38,973 bases of DNA from Roseiflexaceae bacterium (GTDB taxonomy: Bacteria; Chloroflexota; Chloroflexia; Chloroflexales; Roseiflexaceae). Each line of letters starts with the position of its first letter. Position 1 is the first letter of the stretch. The position numbers and the translations under genes are program-made. The DNA is taken from contig DASTWM010000095.1 in NCBI GenBank assembly GCA_035765855.1, positions 1 through 38,973 of the forward strand. Reading direction: 5' to 3'. The notes below the pieces were generated by a model that was given only the letters and a program-made list of their open reading frames with translations, ran no database searches and was not told the DNA's origin. Below, one piece after another: positions 23,886-37,245 of this stretch.

Positions 23886-25103
23886 TCACGCCTTACCTTC
23901 GTTTAATTCAGGCTGGATCACTGGCAAAATCACATGCCAATGCAGCGCGCCAAGCCCGGCCACGCCAATCAGCGCCAGCACAACGAACAGTATGTTATAG
24001 CCCAGCAAAGATGCCAGACCCCCGGCCAGCAGTGGCCCGGCAATCGCCGCCGGGGCCAGCGCCGTGTTGGACACGCCGATGTACGTCGGGCGCTCTTGCG
24101 GGCCGCTGAAGGCAAACGCCAGCGTGAACGCGGAAATCTGGTAGCCCGCCTGCGATGCGCCGATTAGCACAAAAATCAGCATGAACCAGGCCGGGGTGGG
24201 AGCAATGACTGCCAGCAGCATCGCCAGCAACCCCAGGGCAGTCGAAAGCTCCAGCACCTGCTTATGCCCCCAGCGGTCGGCCAGCGCGCCGAAGCCAAGG
24301 TTCGCAACCGCCTGCGCGCCGAGCAACACCACCGTGAACACGCCGATTTGCTCGTTCGGCAGCCGGAAGCGCCCGAGCGCGGCGGCGGTGATGAAGCTGT
24401 GGCCGACCAGCGCAATCGCAATCGCCGTGCGGCTGAACAGGTAGCGCCGGAACGCGGTATCGCGGCGCAGCAGCGGAATAATGCCGCGCAAAAACATGTG
24501 CAGCGGCTCGCGCGGCGGGGCGGGCTGCGCAGGCTCGATGGTTAAGCCGAGGAACATGTACGACAGCATCACGCCCACGAAGCAGATCAGCGACAGAATG
24601 CCGACGCTTTGCGGGAATGGCTGCGTCGCCAGAATGGTCGTGGCAACCGCCGCGCCCACTACGCCCAGCAGGCCGCCGAGACCATTTTGCAGCCCGAAGA
24701 AAATGCCCCAGCGCCGCTGAGGAATGACACGGCCAATAAAATCCTGCCATGCGGTCGAGGTGAAACCGGCGCTGAACGCGAAGATCGCGTACATGGAGAA
24801 AAAGGTCAGCAGCAGCGCCCAGACAGGCCATGTCGGCCACCATAGCAACACCAGGCCCAGAATCAGGAATGGAAACCGCTCGCCTGTCGTCGCGATCATG
24901 ATCCACGGCTTGCGGCGCGGCAGGCTGGCTATGACCGGCGCGATAAACAGGCCCGGCAGCAGCCAGCCAACATAGAACAGCATCGGGATAAGCCCCTGAA
25001 GCCAGGGCTGCGGCGACAGGCGCTCGACGAACAACGGCAACACGGTATAGCGCGAGAGCACGCTCATCCCCAGGACGAACATGGTGCCGTCGAGTACGTT
25101 CAT
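23886..25103 (-). CDS. MFS transporter
   Basis: It has ~12 predicted transmembrane segments with the MFS loop pattern. I chose the start at MNVLDGTMF, which is uncertain. The ORF extends to 25277. Confidence 0.75.
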   Translation of the reverse strand: MNVLDGTMFVLGMSVLSRYTVLPLFVERLSPQPWLQGLIPMLFYVGWLLPGLFIAPVIASLPRRKPWIMIATTGERFPFLILGLVLLWWPTWPVWALLLTFFSMYAIFAFSAGFTSTAWQDFIGRVIPQRRWGIFFGLQNGLGGLLGVVGAAVATTILATQPFPQSVGILSLICFVGVMLSYMFLGLTIEPAQPAPPREPLHMFLRGIIPLLRRDTAFRRYLFSRTAIAIALVGHSFITAAALGRFRLPNEQIGVFTVVLLGAQAVANLGFGALADRWGHKQVLELSTALGLLAMLLAVIAPTPAWFMLIFVLIGASQAGYQISAFTLAFAFSGPQERPTYIGVSNTALAPAAIAGPLLAGGLASLLGYNILFVVLALIGVAGLGALHWHVILPVIQPELNEGKA

Positions 25104-25422
25104 CCAAAAATTGCGCCTGGCATGCCGCGCAATGATAATCTCAGCTTGTTGTACACTCACACACTGCTCCGACGTATGAAATAACGAGAATATCTCAGGA
25201 GCAGCATGGTACCACGTCTTGCGAAAGACAGATTCGGGCGTAACGCGCCACTCGCTTGCGTGGAAACATCTGCGCACGACAGCTGATGAACATTTCCTAC
25301 GTTATCTGGTATTCCGTAGCCGACGCCCACGAGGGACGTCGCTACATGTACGCACCCGCATCATTCCTCATTGTTCACCAAACCATGGGTACATGCTCAC
25401 GCATAACGCTTTTATGTCAATG

Positions 25423-26490
25423 TTAGCTCGCATGTTGCTTGCCTTGCACACCAAACCGAAAGATCGTGGTCTGCTGGTACGTTTCGCCAGGGCGCAACAC
25501 CGTGGACGGGAACTGCGGCTGGTTGGGCGAGTCAGGAAAGTGCTCGGTTTCCAAGCAGAAGCCGGTGCGCCGGGCGTATACTTCGCCGTTCTTACCCGTC
25601 AGGCTGCCGTTCAGCATGTTGCCGGAGTAAAATTGCACGCCCGGCTCGGTGGTGAACACATCCAGCGTGCGCCCGCTCGCCGGATCATAGACATGCGCCG
25701 CATGGCCGAGCGCGCCCGGCTGTTTGTCCAGCACCCAGCAGTGGTCGTAGCCCTGGCCGTTGCGCAACTGCTCATTATCTTCATTAATGCGCGCGCCAAT
25801 TGGCGTCGGCGTGCGGAAGTCCATCGGCGTGCCTTCAACCGAACGAATCTCGCCGGTCGGAATCAGATTGTCGTTGATCGGAATGAAGCGCGAGGCGAAA
25901 AGCTGCATTTCATGCTCAAGAATATCGCCGCCGCCCGCCAGATTAAAGTACGAGTGATTCGTCAGGTTAATCACCGTGTCCTGATCAGTCGTCGCTGTAT
26001 AGTCAATCCGCAACTCGTTCCGGTCGGTCAGCGTGTACACGACCGTGACGGAAAGATTGCCGGGATAGCCTTCCTCGCCATCGGGACTTATAATCGAAAG
26101 TTCAAGGCTTGGTTCGGCGGCGTCGTGCGGCTGCGCGGCCCAGACCTTCTGATGGAAGCCGCCCGGCCCGCCATGAAGCTGATTCTTGCCGTCATTCTGC
26201 GCCAGTTTGTAGGTTTTACCGTCAAGTTCAAACCGCCCATTTGCGATGCGGTTGCCGTAGCGACCAACCAGCGCGCCGAAGAAAGGATTTTTGTCCAAGT
26301 AGGGTGCTAAGGTATCAAAACCCAGCGCCACATCGCCCAGTTGGCCGTTGCGATCCGGCACGCGCAGCGCGATGATGATCCCGCCGAAGGTCATGATGTC
26401 GGCTTCCACGCCATGCGCATTTGTGAGCGTGTAGCGTTCAATCGTCGTGCCGTCGGATGTCGTTCCGAAATTATGTCGTGTAATGGGCAT
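25423..26490 (-). CDS. galM: Aldose 1-epimerase (galactose mutarotase)
   Basis: Aldose-1-epimerase motifs are present: GGIIIALRVPDRNG, GRYGNRIANGRFELDGKTYKLAQNDGKNQLHGG and HSYFNL. Confidence 0.9.
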   Translation of the reverse strand: MPITRHNFGTTSDGTTIERYTLTNAHGVEADIMTFGGIIIALRVPDRNGQLGDVALGFDTLAPYLDKNPFFGALVGRYGNRIANGRFELDGKTYKLAQNDGKNQLHGGPGGFHQKVWAAQPHDAAEPSLELSIISPDGEEGYPGNLSVTVVYTLTDRNELRIDYTATTDQDTVINLTNHSYFNLAGGGDILEHEMQLFASRFIPINDNLIPTGEIRSVEGTPMDFRTPTPIGARINEDNEQLRNGQGYDHCWVLDKQPGALGHAAHVYDPASGRTLDVFTTEPGVQFYSGNMLNGSLTGKNGEVYARRTGFCLETEHFPDSPNQPQFPSTVLRPGETYQQTTIFRFGVQGKQHAS

Positions 26491-26535
26491 AGCATGTACC
26501 TTTAACTATGTATAGGCAAGATATTGGCATGCCTG

Positions 26536-26598
26536 CCCTCACCCTGGCGCTGCCACGCCACCCCTCTCCCCATCTGGGAGAGGGGCCGGGGGTGAGGG
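26536..26598. repeat. Structured G/C-rich palindromic repeat, copy A. A nested hairpin CCCCTCTCC-ccatct-GGGAGAGGGG is enclosed by CCCTCACCC...GGGTGAGGG.
   Basis: Seen directly in the sequence. It lies 39 nt downstream of the araA stop. Copy B at 28166-28225 is near-identical but inverted. Confidence 0.6.
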
Positions 26599-26636
26599 AG
26601 AAAGATTGCCAAGCTCATGCGCTCGGTCTTCGCGTG

Positions 26637-28142
26637 CTACAATCCTTTCGCGAGATGGTAGTACAGGTCGTTCCAGCGCAGTTCTTTCTTGAAATTCGAC
26701 ACCGTAGTGCTCTTGTCGATCAGCAGGAACTCCATGCCGGCCATGTCGGCAAAATCTTCCAGATGCTCGGCGGTGAGATCGTAGCTGAAGCCAGTGTGGT
26801 GCGCTCCACCCGCGTAAATCCATGCCGCCGCGGCCGTCTTCAAATCAGGTTGCGGCACCCACAGCACGCGCGCGACCGGCAGCCTGGGCAGCGGCTCGTC
26901 GGCAGGCACCGCATCGACGGCGTTGACGACCATGCGCAGGCGGTTGCCCATCTCGACAATCGAGGCGCAGACTGCCGGGCCGGTCTTCGAGTCGAACACC
27001 AGCCGCACCGGGTCGGCCTTGCCGCCGATGCCGAGCGGATGCACCTCAAGTTTGGGCTTGCCGTCGGCAATCGTCGGGCAGACTTCGAGCATGTGCGCGC
27101 CGAGCACCTTCATGCCATTCTGGTTGAGGTGATAGGTGTAGTCCTCCATGAAGGACGTACCCTTCGGCAGACCGGTGGCCATGACCTTCATCGCCCGCAC
27201 CAGCGCGGCGGTCTTCCAGTCGCCCTCGCCCGCAAAGCCGTAGCCTTCGGCCATGAGGCGCTGCGGGCCGAGGCCCGGCAGTTGCGTCAGGCCATGCAGA
27301 TCCTCAAAGGTCGTGGTGAAGCCCTTGAAGTTACCGTCCTGCAGGAAGCGGCGGATTCCAATCTCGATCCGCGCGCCATCGCGCAGCGACTGGTGGCGCG
27401 CGCCGCCGGGCCGCAATTCCGGCGCAACGTCGTACTGGTCGCCGTACTCCTCGATGATACTATCAATATCAGCGTCGGAAACCTCGTTCACAACGCGCAC
27501 CAGATCGCCCACGCCGTAGCCGTTGACACTGTAGCCGAGCCGCATCTGCGCGTTGACCTTGTCGCCCTCGGTGACGGCCACCTCGCGCATGTTGTCGCCG
27601 AAGCGGCAGAACCGAGCGCCCTGCGCGTCGGCCCAGGCGCATGCCGCGCGCGTCCACGCGCCCAGGCTGGCCTGTACGTCCTTGTCCTGCCAGTGGCCGA
27701 CGACGACTTTACGCTCCAGCCGCATGCGGCTGCCGATAAAGCCGAACTCGCGGTCGCCGTGCGCCGACTGATTCAGGTTCATGAAATCCATGTCGATGTC
27801 GGCCCACGGGATGTCGCGGTTGAACTGGGTGTGCAGGTGCGCGAAGGGCTTCTGCAGCACGCGCAGCCCGGCGATCCACATCTTGGCGGGCGAGAAGGTG
27901 TGCATCCATGTAACCAGGCCGATGCAGCTCTGCGCCGCGTTGGCCTCCAGCGCAAGCTGATAGATTTCGTCGGGCGTCTTCACCACTGGCTTGAACACGA
28001 CCTTGACCGGAATGCTGGCGGATTCATCGAGCCCCTGCGTGATGGCGCGCGAATGCTCGGCCACTTGCTCCAGCGTTTCGGGGCCGTACAAATGCTGGCT
28101 GCCGGTCACGAACCAGACCTCGTATTGTGAAAGATCGATCAT
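26637..28142 (-). CDS. araA: L-arabinose isomerase
   Basis: The N-terminus [24 protein letters not shown] is diagnostic. The ~501-aa length and an AGGAG Shine-Dalgarno 8 nt upstream support the call. Confidence 0.95.
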   Translation of the reverse strand: MIDLSQYEVWFVTGSQHLYGPETLEQVAEHSRAITQGLDESASIPVKVVFKPVVKTPDEIYQLALEANAAQSCIGLVTWMHTFSPAKMWIAGLRVLQKPFAHLHTQFNRDIPWADIDMDFMNLNQSAHGDREFGFIGSRMRLERKVVVGHWQDKDVQASLGAWTRAACAWADAQGARFCRFGDNMREVAVTEGDKVNAQMRLGYSVNGYGVGDLVRVVNEVSDADIDSIIEEYGDQYDVAPELRPGGARHQSLRDGARIEIGIRRFLQDGNFKGFTTTFEDLHGLTQLPGLGPQRLMAEGYGFAGEGDWKTAALVRAMKVMATGLPKGTSFMEDYTYHLNQNGMKVLGAHMLEVCPTIADGKPKLEVHPLGIGGKADPVRLVFDSKTGPAVCASIVEMGNRLRMVVNAVDAVPADEPLPRLPVARVLWVPQPDLKTAAAAWIYAGGAHHTGFSYDLTAEHLEDFADMAGMEFLLIDKSTTVSNFKKELRWNDLYYHLAKGL

Positions 28143-28165
28143 TATGCATGCTCCTGAGTGAATGA

Positions 28166-28225
28166 CCCTCACCCCCGGCCCCTCTCCCGATGGGAGAGGG
28201 ATGGCGCGGCAGCGCCGGGGTGAGG
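28166..28225. repeat. Structured G/C-rich palindromic repeat, copy B. It is inverted relative to copy A and lies in the araD-araA spacer immediately upstream of the araA Shine-Dalgarno.
   Basis: The sequence CCCTCACCCCCGGCCCCTCTCCCgatGGGAGAGGGatggcgcggcagcGCCGGGGTGAGG is the reverse complement of copy A with a few substitutions. Confidence 0.6.
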
Positions 28226-28256
28226 AGATCTGTGCTAAACTGAGTTGAACCTATGC

Positions 28257-28898
28257 CTACTGCCCGTACACATTCACGTAGCGGTCATGCAATTTGGCCA
28301 CATCCTCGGGCGCGATCTCGTCGGGCGTGCCGAGTTGCAGCGCATACCAGACCGTGCGCGCGACATCTTCGACCATCACAGCGGCCTTCACGGCAGCCTT
28401 GGCCGACTTGCCGATCGTGAACACGCCATGGTTCTTCAGCAGCACCGCCGGTGAGTCGCCGATGTGCTCGACCACCTGCTGGCCGATCTCCTCGCCGCCG
28501 ATCAGCGCGAAGCCCGCGCATGGGATCGGGCAGCCAAATTCGTCGGCAATCGCGGTGAGGTACACCGGAATGGGCTTGCCTACTGCGGCGAACGCGGTGG
28601 CATACGGCGAGTGGGTGTGGACAACGCCGTTGACATCGGGGCGGTGGCGGTAGATATACAGGTGGCTGGCGGTGTCCGACGACGGCTTGAGCGTGCCTTC
28701 AACCACGTTGCCGTCCAGGTCAAGCACCACATGATCTTCGGGGCGCAGGTCTTCGTACATCACGCCGCTGGGCTTGATCGCCACCAGCCCGCTCTCCGGG
28801 TCGCGCGCGCTGACGTTGCCGCCCGTCCATGTGACCAGGCCATTCTTGGGTAATTCCAGGTGCAGCTTCCAGAGCTGTTCTTTGAGTTGTTCGAGCAT
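28257..28898 (-). CDS. araD: L-ribulose-5-phosphate 4-epimerase
   Basis: It is a class II aldolase/adducin-fold protein. The N-terminus MLEQLKEQLWKLHLELPKNGLVTWTGGNVSARD matches araD. A GAGGAAG Shine-Dalgarno lies upstream. Confidence 0.9.
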   Translation of the reverse strand: MLEQLKEQLWKLHLELPKNGLVTWTGGNVSARDPESGLVAIKPSGVMYEDLRPEDHVVLDLDGNVVEGTLKPSSDTASHLYIYRHRPDVNGVVHTHSPYATAFAAVGKPIPVYLTAIADEFGCPIPCAGFALIGGEEIGQQVVEHIGDSPAVLLKNHGVFTIGKSAKAAVKAAVMVEDVARTVWYALQLGTPDEIAPEDVAKLHDRYVNVYGQ

Positions 28899-28925
28899 AT
28901 CACTTCCTCGTTTGCTGATACTCTT

Positions 28926-30527
<1,602 letters not shown>

Positions 30528-30588
30528 GTTCAGCTCCCATGTAGCGAAACCGTTCTTTCAAAACCCTCATGAACGAGATTTCGCTTGC

Positions 30589-30661
30589 CACAGAGATAAC
30601 AGAGGGTACAGAGATGAAACCTGGACTGGTCTAACCTCTGTATCCTCTGTGTCCTCTGTGA
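30589..30661. promoter_or_regulatory. Imperfect 25-bp inverted repeat built from three heptads (c)ACAGAG x3 and CTCTGT(g) x3, separated by 21 nt, in the xylA-araB spacer
   Basis: 21 of 25 arm positions are complementary. It starts 23 nt after the xylA stop. It could be an RNA stem-loop or a multi-half-site operator. Confidence 0.45.
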
Positions 30662-30684
30662 CTAAAGTCGCATCCCAGGCCGTG

Positions 30685-31860
30685 TTAGCGCGCGCCAAGC
30701 AGCAGTTCGATCAGCAACTGATCAAGCTCCTCGTAGCGCCGCCCGCGCCCGGCCAGCGCCGCCGTGTCAAAGCTCTGGTCCTTCAACTGCCGGGCTTTGT
30801 CGGCGCTGTAGCCGCCGGATGCCGCCGGGCCATTGTATGCGCTGTCACCCTGCTGCAATTCCTTGATCACACTCTGAATCTCGGCGTCCTCATGGAAGCG
30901 CTTGACCTTGTCTTTCAAGATCAGGTAGGTGCGCATGCAGCCGCGCGCGAAAGCCCACACGCCATCCTCGTCCTCGGTGCGGTAGGCGTGCGCGTCGTAA
31001 TGCAGCGGGCCGTCGTAGCCGCTTTCTTCCAGCAGCCTCACCAGGAAGAAGGCGCGCTTGATATTCTCGGAGCCGAAGCGGAAGTCCTGATCGTAGCGCC
31101 CCATGACCTGATCGTTCAGGTCGATATGAAACAGCTTGCCCGCTTCGAGCGCCTGCGCTACGCCATGCACGAAATTCAGCCCGGCCATGGTCTCATGGGC
31201 GAATTCGGGATTGACGCCGACCATGTCGGGGTCGTCGAGCGTGGTGATGAAGTGCAGCGCATGGCCGACGGTCGGGAAGTACAGGTCGCCACGCGGTTCG
31301 TTCGGCTTGGGTTCCAGCGCGAACCGCATGCCGTAGCCCTGCTCCTTGACGTAGTCGCACAGATAGTTAATCGCCTCGCGGAACCACTTGATCGCGTCGC
31401 GGCCATCGCGGTACACATCTGTCTCCACGCCTTCGCGCCCGCCCCAGAAGACGTAGGTTTTCGCGCCCAGCTCCGCGCCCAGGTCAATCGAGCGCATGGT
31501 TTTTTGCAACGCGAATGCGCGCACGGCCGCGTCGGACGACGTGAACGCGCCATCTTTGAAGATTGGGTGCGTAAACAGATTCGTGGTCGCCATCGGCACG
31601 ACCATGTCATTGTCGGCCAGCGCCTTCTTGAAGCGCGCGACGATCTGATCGCGCTCTTGCGGCGTGGCGTCGAACGGCACCAGATCGTTGTCATGGAAAT
31701 TAATGCCCCACGCGCCCAATTCACTGAGTTTCTCTACACTGTGTACAGGATCGAGCGGCGGGCGCGTCGGATCGCCAAATGGATCGCGCCCGATGTTGCC
31801 AACCGTCCACAAACCAAAGCTAAAGTGATCACTCTTCTGCGGGGTAAAAGGATCAGCCAT
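30685..31860 (-). CDS. xylA: Xylose isomerase, class I (short, actinobacterial/Thermus type)
   Basis: The N-terminus [22 protein letters not shown] is diagnostic. Metal-site motifs FHDND, WGGREG and PKPNEP are present. The ~391-aa length is typical. An AAAGG Shine-Dalgarno lies upstream. Confidence 0.95.
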   Translation of the reverse strand: MADPFTPQKSDHFSFGLWTVGNIGRDPFGDPTRPPLDPVHSVEKLSELGAWGINFHDNDLVPFDATPQERDQIVARFKKALADNDMVVPMATTNLFTHPIFKDGAFTSSDAAVRAFALQKTMRSIDLGAELGAKTYVFWGGREGVETDVYRDGRDAIKWFREAINYLCDYVKEQGYGMRFALEPKPNEPRGDLYFPTVGHALHFITTLDDPDMVGVNPEFAHETMAGLNFVHGVAQALEAGKLFHIDLNDQVMGRYDQDFRFGSENIKRAFFLVRLLEESGYDGPLHYDAHAYRTEDEDGVWAFARGCMRTYLILKDKVKRFHEDAEIQSVIKELQQGDSAYNGPAASGGYSADKARQLKDQSFDTAALAGRGRRYEELDQLLIELLLGAR

Positions 31861-31932
31861 CGTGGATGCCTTTCTACTAGTGTATCAGGCCACTGCAAAG
31901 CGCAATGCTTGCGCAGTATAGCACTTCTTTTA

Positions 31933-32976
31933 TTACTCCGATGTGCAGCATGCAGGCCAGCCGTCGTCGGTCCATGTCAGGTCGCTAATCTTGAGTTTGG
32001 GCGCGCCGTTGTCGTTCGCATCGTAATAATGGTATACCATCCGGTACACCCCATCGTCATGGTAAACGGACTGACCGCCCGGCCCAATGTAGCGCCCATG
32101 GCTTTGCAGCACTGGCGTGCCGCCGCCAAGTTCCATGCGCTTGCCATCGCGGTCGATATACGGTCCGGTGATGCTTTTCGCCCGCCCGGCCATGATTTTG
32201 TAGGTGCTGTTCGCGCCACGGCAGCACAAATCAAACGAGACGAACAGGTAGTAATACTCGTTGCGGGCGACAATCGAGGGCGCTTCAATCGGGCCACCGC
32301 CGCGCGACGCCAGCGAGTACAATTTTTTGTCGTCTGCCGCCAGCTTGCCGGTACGCGGGTCGATCTTGCGCATCTTGATACCATCCCAGAACGAGCCGAA
32401 CGACAGCCACGGCGTACCCTCGGCGTCGAATGCCAGGTTCGGGTCGATCGCGTTCCAGTTGTCGGCCTTGACCGATTGAAGCACCATGCCCTGATCAACC
32501 CATTTGTAATCCGGGCTTTTCGGGTCAAGCGTCGTGTTGGTAGCCAGGCCGATCACCGACGTGTTGGTGCCGAAGCGCGAGCCAGCGTAGTACAGGTAAT
32601 ATGTGCCATTGTGAAAGGAAATATCGGGTGCCCACAGGTTGGGCGGCGTGCCGCCGATCGCCTGCCCGATCCATGCCGGAATGACGATGAACACGGATCC
32701 GATCCGTTCCCATGTCGCCATGTCGGTCGAGCGGCGAATCTGAATGTTGCCGCTGTTGTAGCCGCGCTCCTCGCCCGTCGAGAAGACGTAATACGCATCC
32801 CCCTGCTTGATCATGGTCGGGTCATGCACGCGGAAGTCGCCTTTCAATGCCTGCGGCGCTGGCGCAGCGGTCGGCGTGCTGCTTGCGGACGGCAGCCTGT
32901 TGGCGCATGACGCAAGCACGAGCGGCATGAGCAGCAAAGTCATGATGTGTGATAGATAGCTTTTCCCCAAATCCAT
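31933..32976 (-). CDS. GH43 family glycoside hydrolase (endo-alpha-1,5-L-arabinanase-like), lipoprotein
   Basis: It has a signal peptide with an LASC lipobox. The GH43 catalytic N-terminal motif FRVHDPTMIKQGDAYYVFST is present, and it is a 5-bladed propeller. An AGGAA Shine-Dalgarno favours the 32976 start. Confidence 0.8.
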   Translation of the reverse strand: MDLGKSYLSHIMTLLLMPLVLASCANRLPSASSTPTAAPAPQALKGDFRVHDPTMIKQGDAYYVFSTGEERGYNSGNIQIRRSTDMATWERIGSVFIVIPAWIGQAIGGTPPNLWAPDISFHNGTYYLYYAGSRFGTNTSVIGLATNTTLDPKSPDYKWVDQGMVLQSVKADNWNAIDPNLAFDAEGTPWLSFGSFWDGIKMRKIDPRTGKLAADDKKLYSLASRGGGPIEAPSIVARNEYYYLFVSFDLCCRGANSTYKIMAGRAKSITGPYIDRDGKRMELGGGTPVLQSHGRYIGPGGQSVYHDDGVYRMVYHYYDANDNGAPKLKISDLTWTDDGWPACCTSE

Positions 32977-32999
32977 GACGCTGTTCCTAAAGCATATGT

Positions 33000-34022
33000 T
33001 CAGCGTTCGCCAGCAGGCGCAGGCTGCGGCGTGCCGAGCGGCACCGGCGTGCCAAAGTTGGGCGTGCCATCCTCATTCCAGCTAAACCTCTGCACGCGCG
33101 TGGTGCGCTTCCCAACGCAGCCGTCGTTTGCTGCCGCGTTGGCATGGTAGACAATCCAATTCTCCGTACCGTCGGGCGAGGTGAAGAATCCATTATGCCC
33201 CGGCCCGTACACGCCGTTCGCATCCGAGCGCTCGAACACCGGCGCGCGCTGCTTGACCCATGAACTGGCGCTCAGCACATTGCCGCCGTTGTACTGCAGC
33301 ATGCCGAGCTTGTAATCCGGCCCCCAGCACGCGCTCGCCGAATAGACGATGAAAATATTGCCGTCGTGGTACAGCGCCTCCGGCCCTTCGTTGACATTTG
33401 CCACCGAGCGTTCCCACGGCAGCAGCGGCGCGGAGATCATGACGCGCGGGCTGCTGATCGTCCAGGGATTGCTCATGGGCGCAAGAAACAGGCTTTGCTC
33501 GTCGCCCACCCAGGATGAAAAGAGAAAGTACAGCTTGCCATCAGGCATCTTCAGCACGCTGCCGTCAATTGCCCAGCCGTCGTTCGCGCGGTCGTAAATC
33601 CGCCCTTTGTACGTATACGGACCAAGCGGATCGGTGCCGCTGCTTTCCATGACGTGCGTGCGCTGGTTGTCGAACGTGCCGTTCGTGCCGGCCGTGTAGT
33701 ACATGTACCAGCGTTTGCCGTCGGGGCCATCCAGCAGGTGAAATTCTGGCGCCCAGACGTTACAGCAGCGCGACGGCGTGGCGTCCTGCCAGATCGTCAC
33801 CGGCCTGGCGGTTGCAAGGCCAGCAATGGTCGGCGACTTCCACATGCGAATCGCGGTCCACTGCGTCGTCGTCAGGTAATAATTGCCGTTGTAATACTGC
33901 ATCCACGGATCGGCACCATCGGCTGTGTTGAGTGGATTGGTAAACGTGGCGCGCGGCGTGCCGACCTGACAGGCCGCCAGCAGCACCGCCAGCAGCGCGG
34001 CCCATTGCAGATTGTGCGCCAT
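33000..34022 (-). CDS. GH43 family glycoside hydrolase (exo-arabinofuranosidase/xylosidase-like), lipoprotein
   Basis: It has the signal and lipobox AALLAVLLAAC, then GH43 motifs (DPWMQYYNGNYYL, WAPEFHLL, MYYTAG). I rejected the upstream ORF start at 34091 because it lies inside the palindrome at 34078-34103. Confidence 0.8.
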   Translation of the reverse strand: MAHNLQWAALLAVLLAACQVGTPRATFTNPLNTADGADPWMQYYNGNYYLTTTQWTAIRMWKSPTIAGLATARPVTIWQDATPSRCCNVWAPEFHLLDGPDGKRWYMYYTAGTNGTFDNQRTHVMESSGTDPLGPYTYKGRIYDRANDGWAIDGSVLKMPDGKLYFLFSSWVGDEQSLFLAPMSNPWTISSPRVMISAPLLPWERSVANVNEGPEALYHDGNIFIVYSASACWGPDYKLGMLQYNGGNVLSASSWVKQRAPVFERSDANGVYGPGHNGFFTSPDGTENWIVYHANAAANDGCVGKRTTRVQRFSWNEDGTPNFGTPVPLGTPQPAPAGER

Positions 34023-34077
34023 GCGATTCAATGAGCGTGTGCCTTTACCCAATGGATGCTCCACATGAAGCAATCCG

Positions 34078-34103
34078 CAGGGGCGCGGCATGCCGCGCCC
34101 CTG
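34078..34103 (-). terminator. Perfect 26-bp GC-rich palindrome CAGGGGCGCGGCA|TGCCGCGCCCCTG, 10 nt after the stop of GH51 gene 1
   Basis: Seen directly in the sequence. Moderate U content follows on the transcript. It is a candidate intrinsic terminator or RNA stabiliser. Confidence 0.5.
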
Positions 34104-34112
34104 CCGGAGCTG

Positions 34113-35603
<1,491 letters not shown>

Positions 35604-35610
35604 GCTTGCC

Positions 35611-37107
<1,497 letters not shown>

Positions 37108-37160
37108 GGCACGCTTTCAAATAGTCCCTGATAAACATTTGCGAAATAATCGGTTCGTTC

Positions 37161-37231
37161 AAACCTGTCAGGTCAGCGCGCTGTGCTGCTGTATTCATCC
37201 GCATCTGGCGCGCTGCTGACCTGACAGGTTT
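37161..37231 (-). terminator. Long stem-loop with a 17-bp perfect stem AAACCTGTCAGGTCAGC, a further bulged GCGC pairing and a ~22-nt loop. It lies between GH51 paralogs 3 and 2.
   Basis: Seen directly in the sequence. No clean U-tract follows. It could be a terminator, an attenuator or a processing-site stabiliser. Confidence 0.45.
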
Positions 37232-37245
37232 CAGGAGAATCAGAA

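Noticed and set aside
26573-26598. Treating the G-run element as a CRISPR repeat or riboswitch
   Set aside because: There are only two copies, in inverted orientation and without spacers of regular length. There is no conserved riboswitch architecture. It is better explained as a REP-like palindromic element.
26508-28130. 540-aa plus-strand ORF antisense to araA
   Set aside because: araA on the minus strand is unambiguous. The antisense frame is a GC3 artefact.
34023-34091. Upstream start at 34091 for the second GH43 gene
   Set aside because: It falls inside the perfect 26-bp palindrome and would add 23 non-signal residues before the lipoprotein signal peptide. The ATG at 34022 gives an immediate signal peptide.
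37151-37165. tRNA-like GGTTCG(T)TCAAACC stretch
   Set aside because: It is part of the long hairpin at 37161-37231. No acceptor stem, anticodon arm or CCA context fits a tRNA. I found no credible tRNA anywhere in the window.
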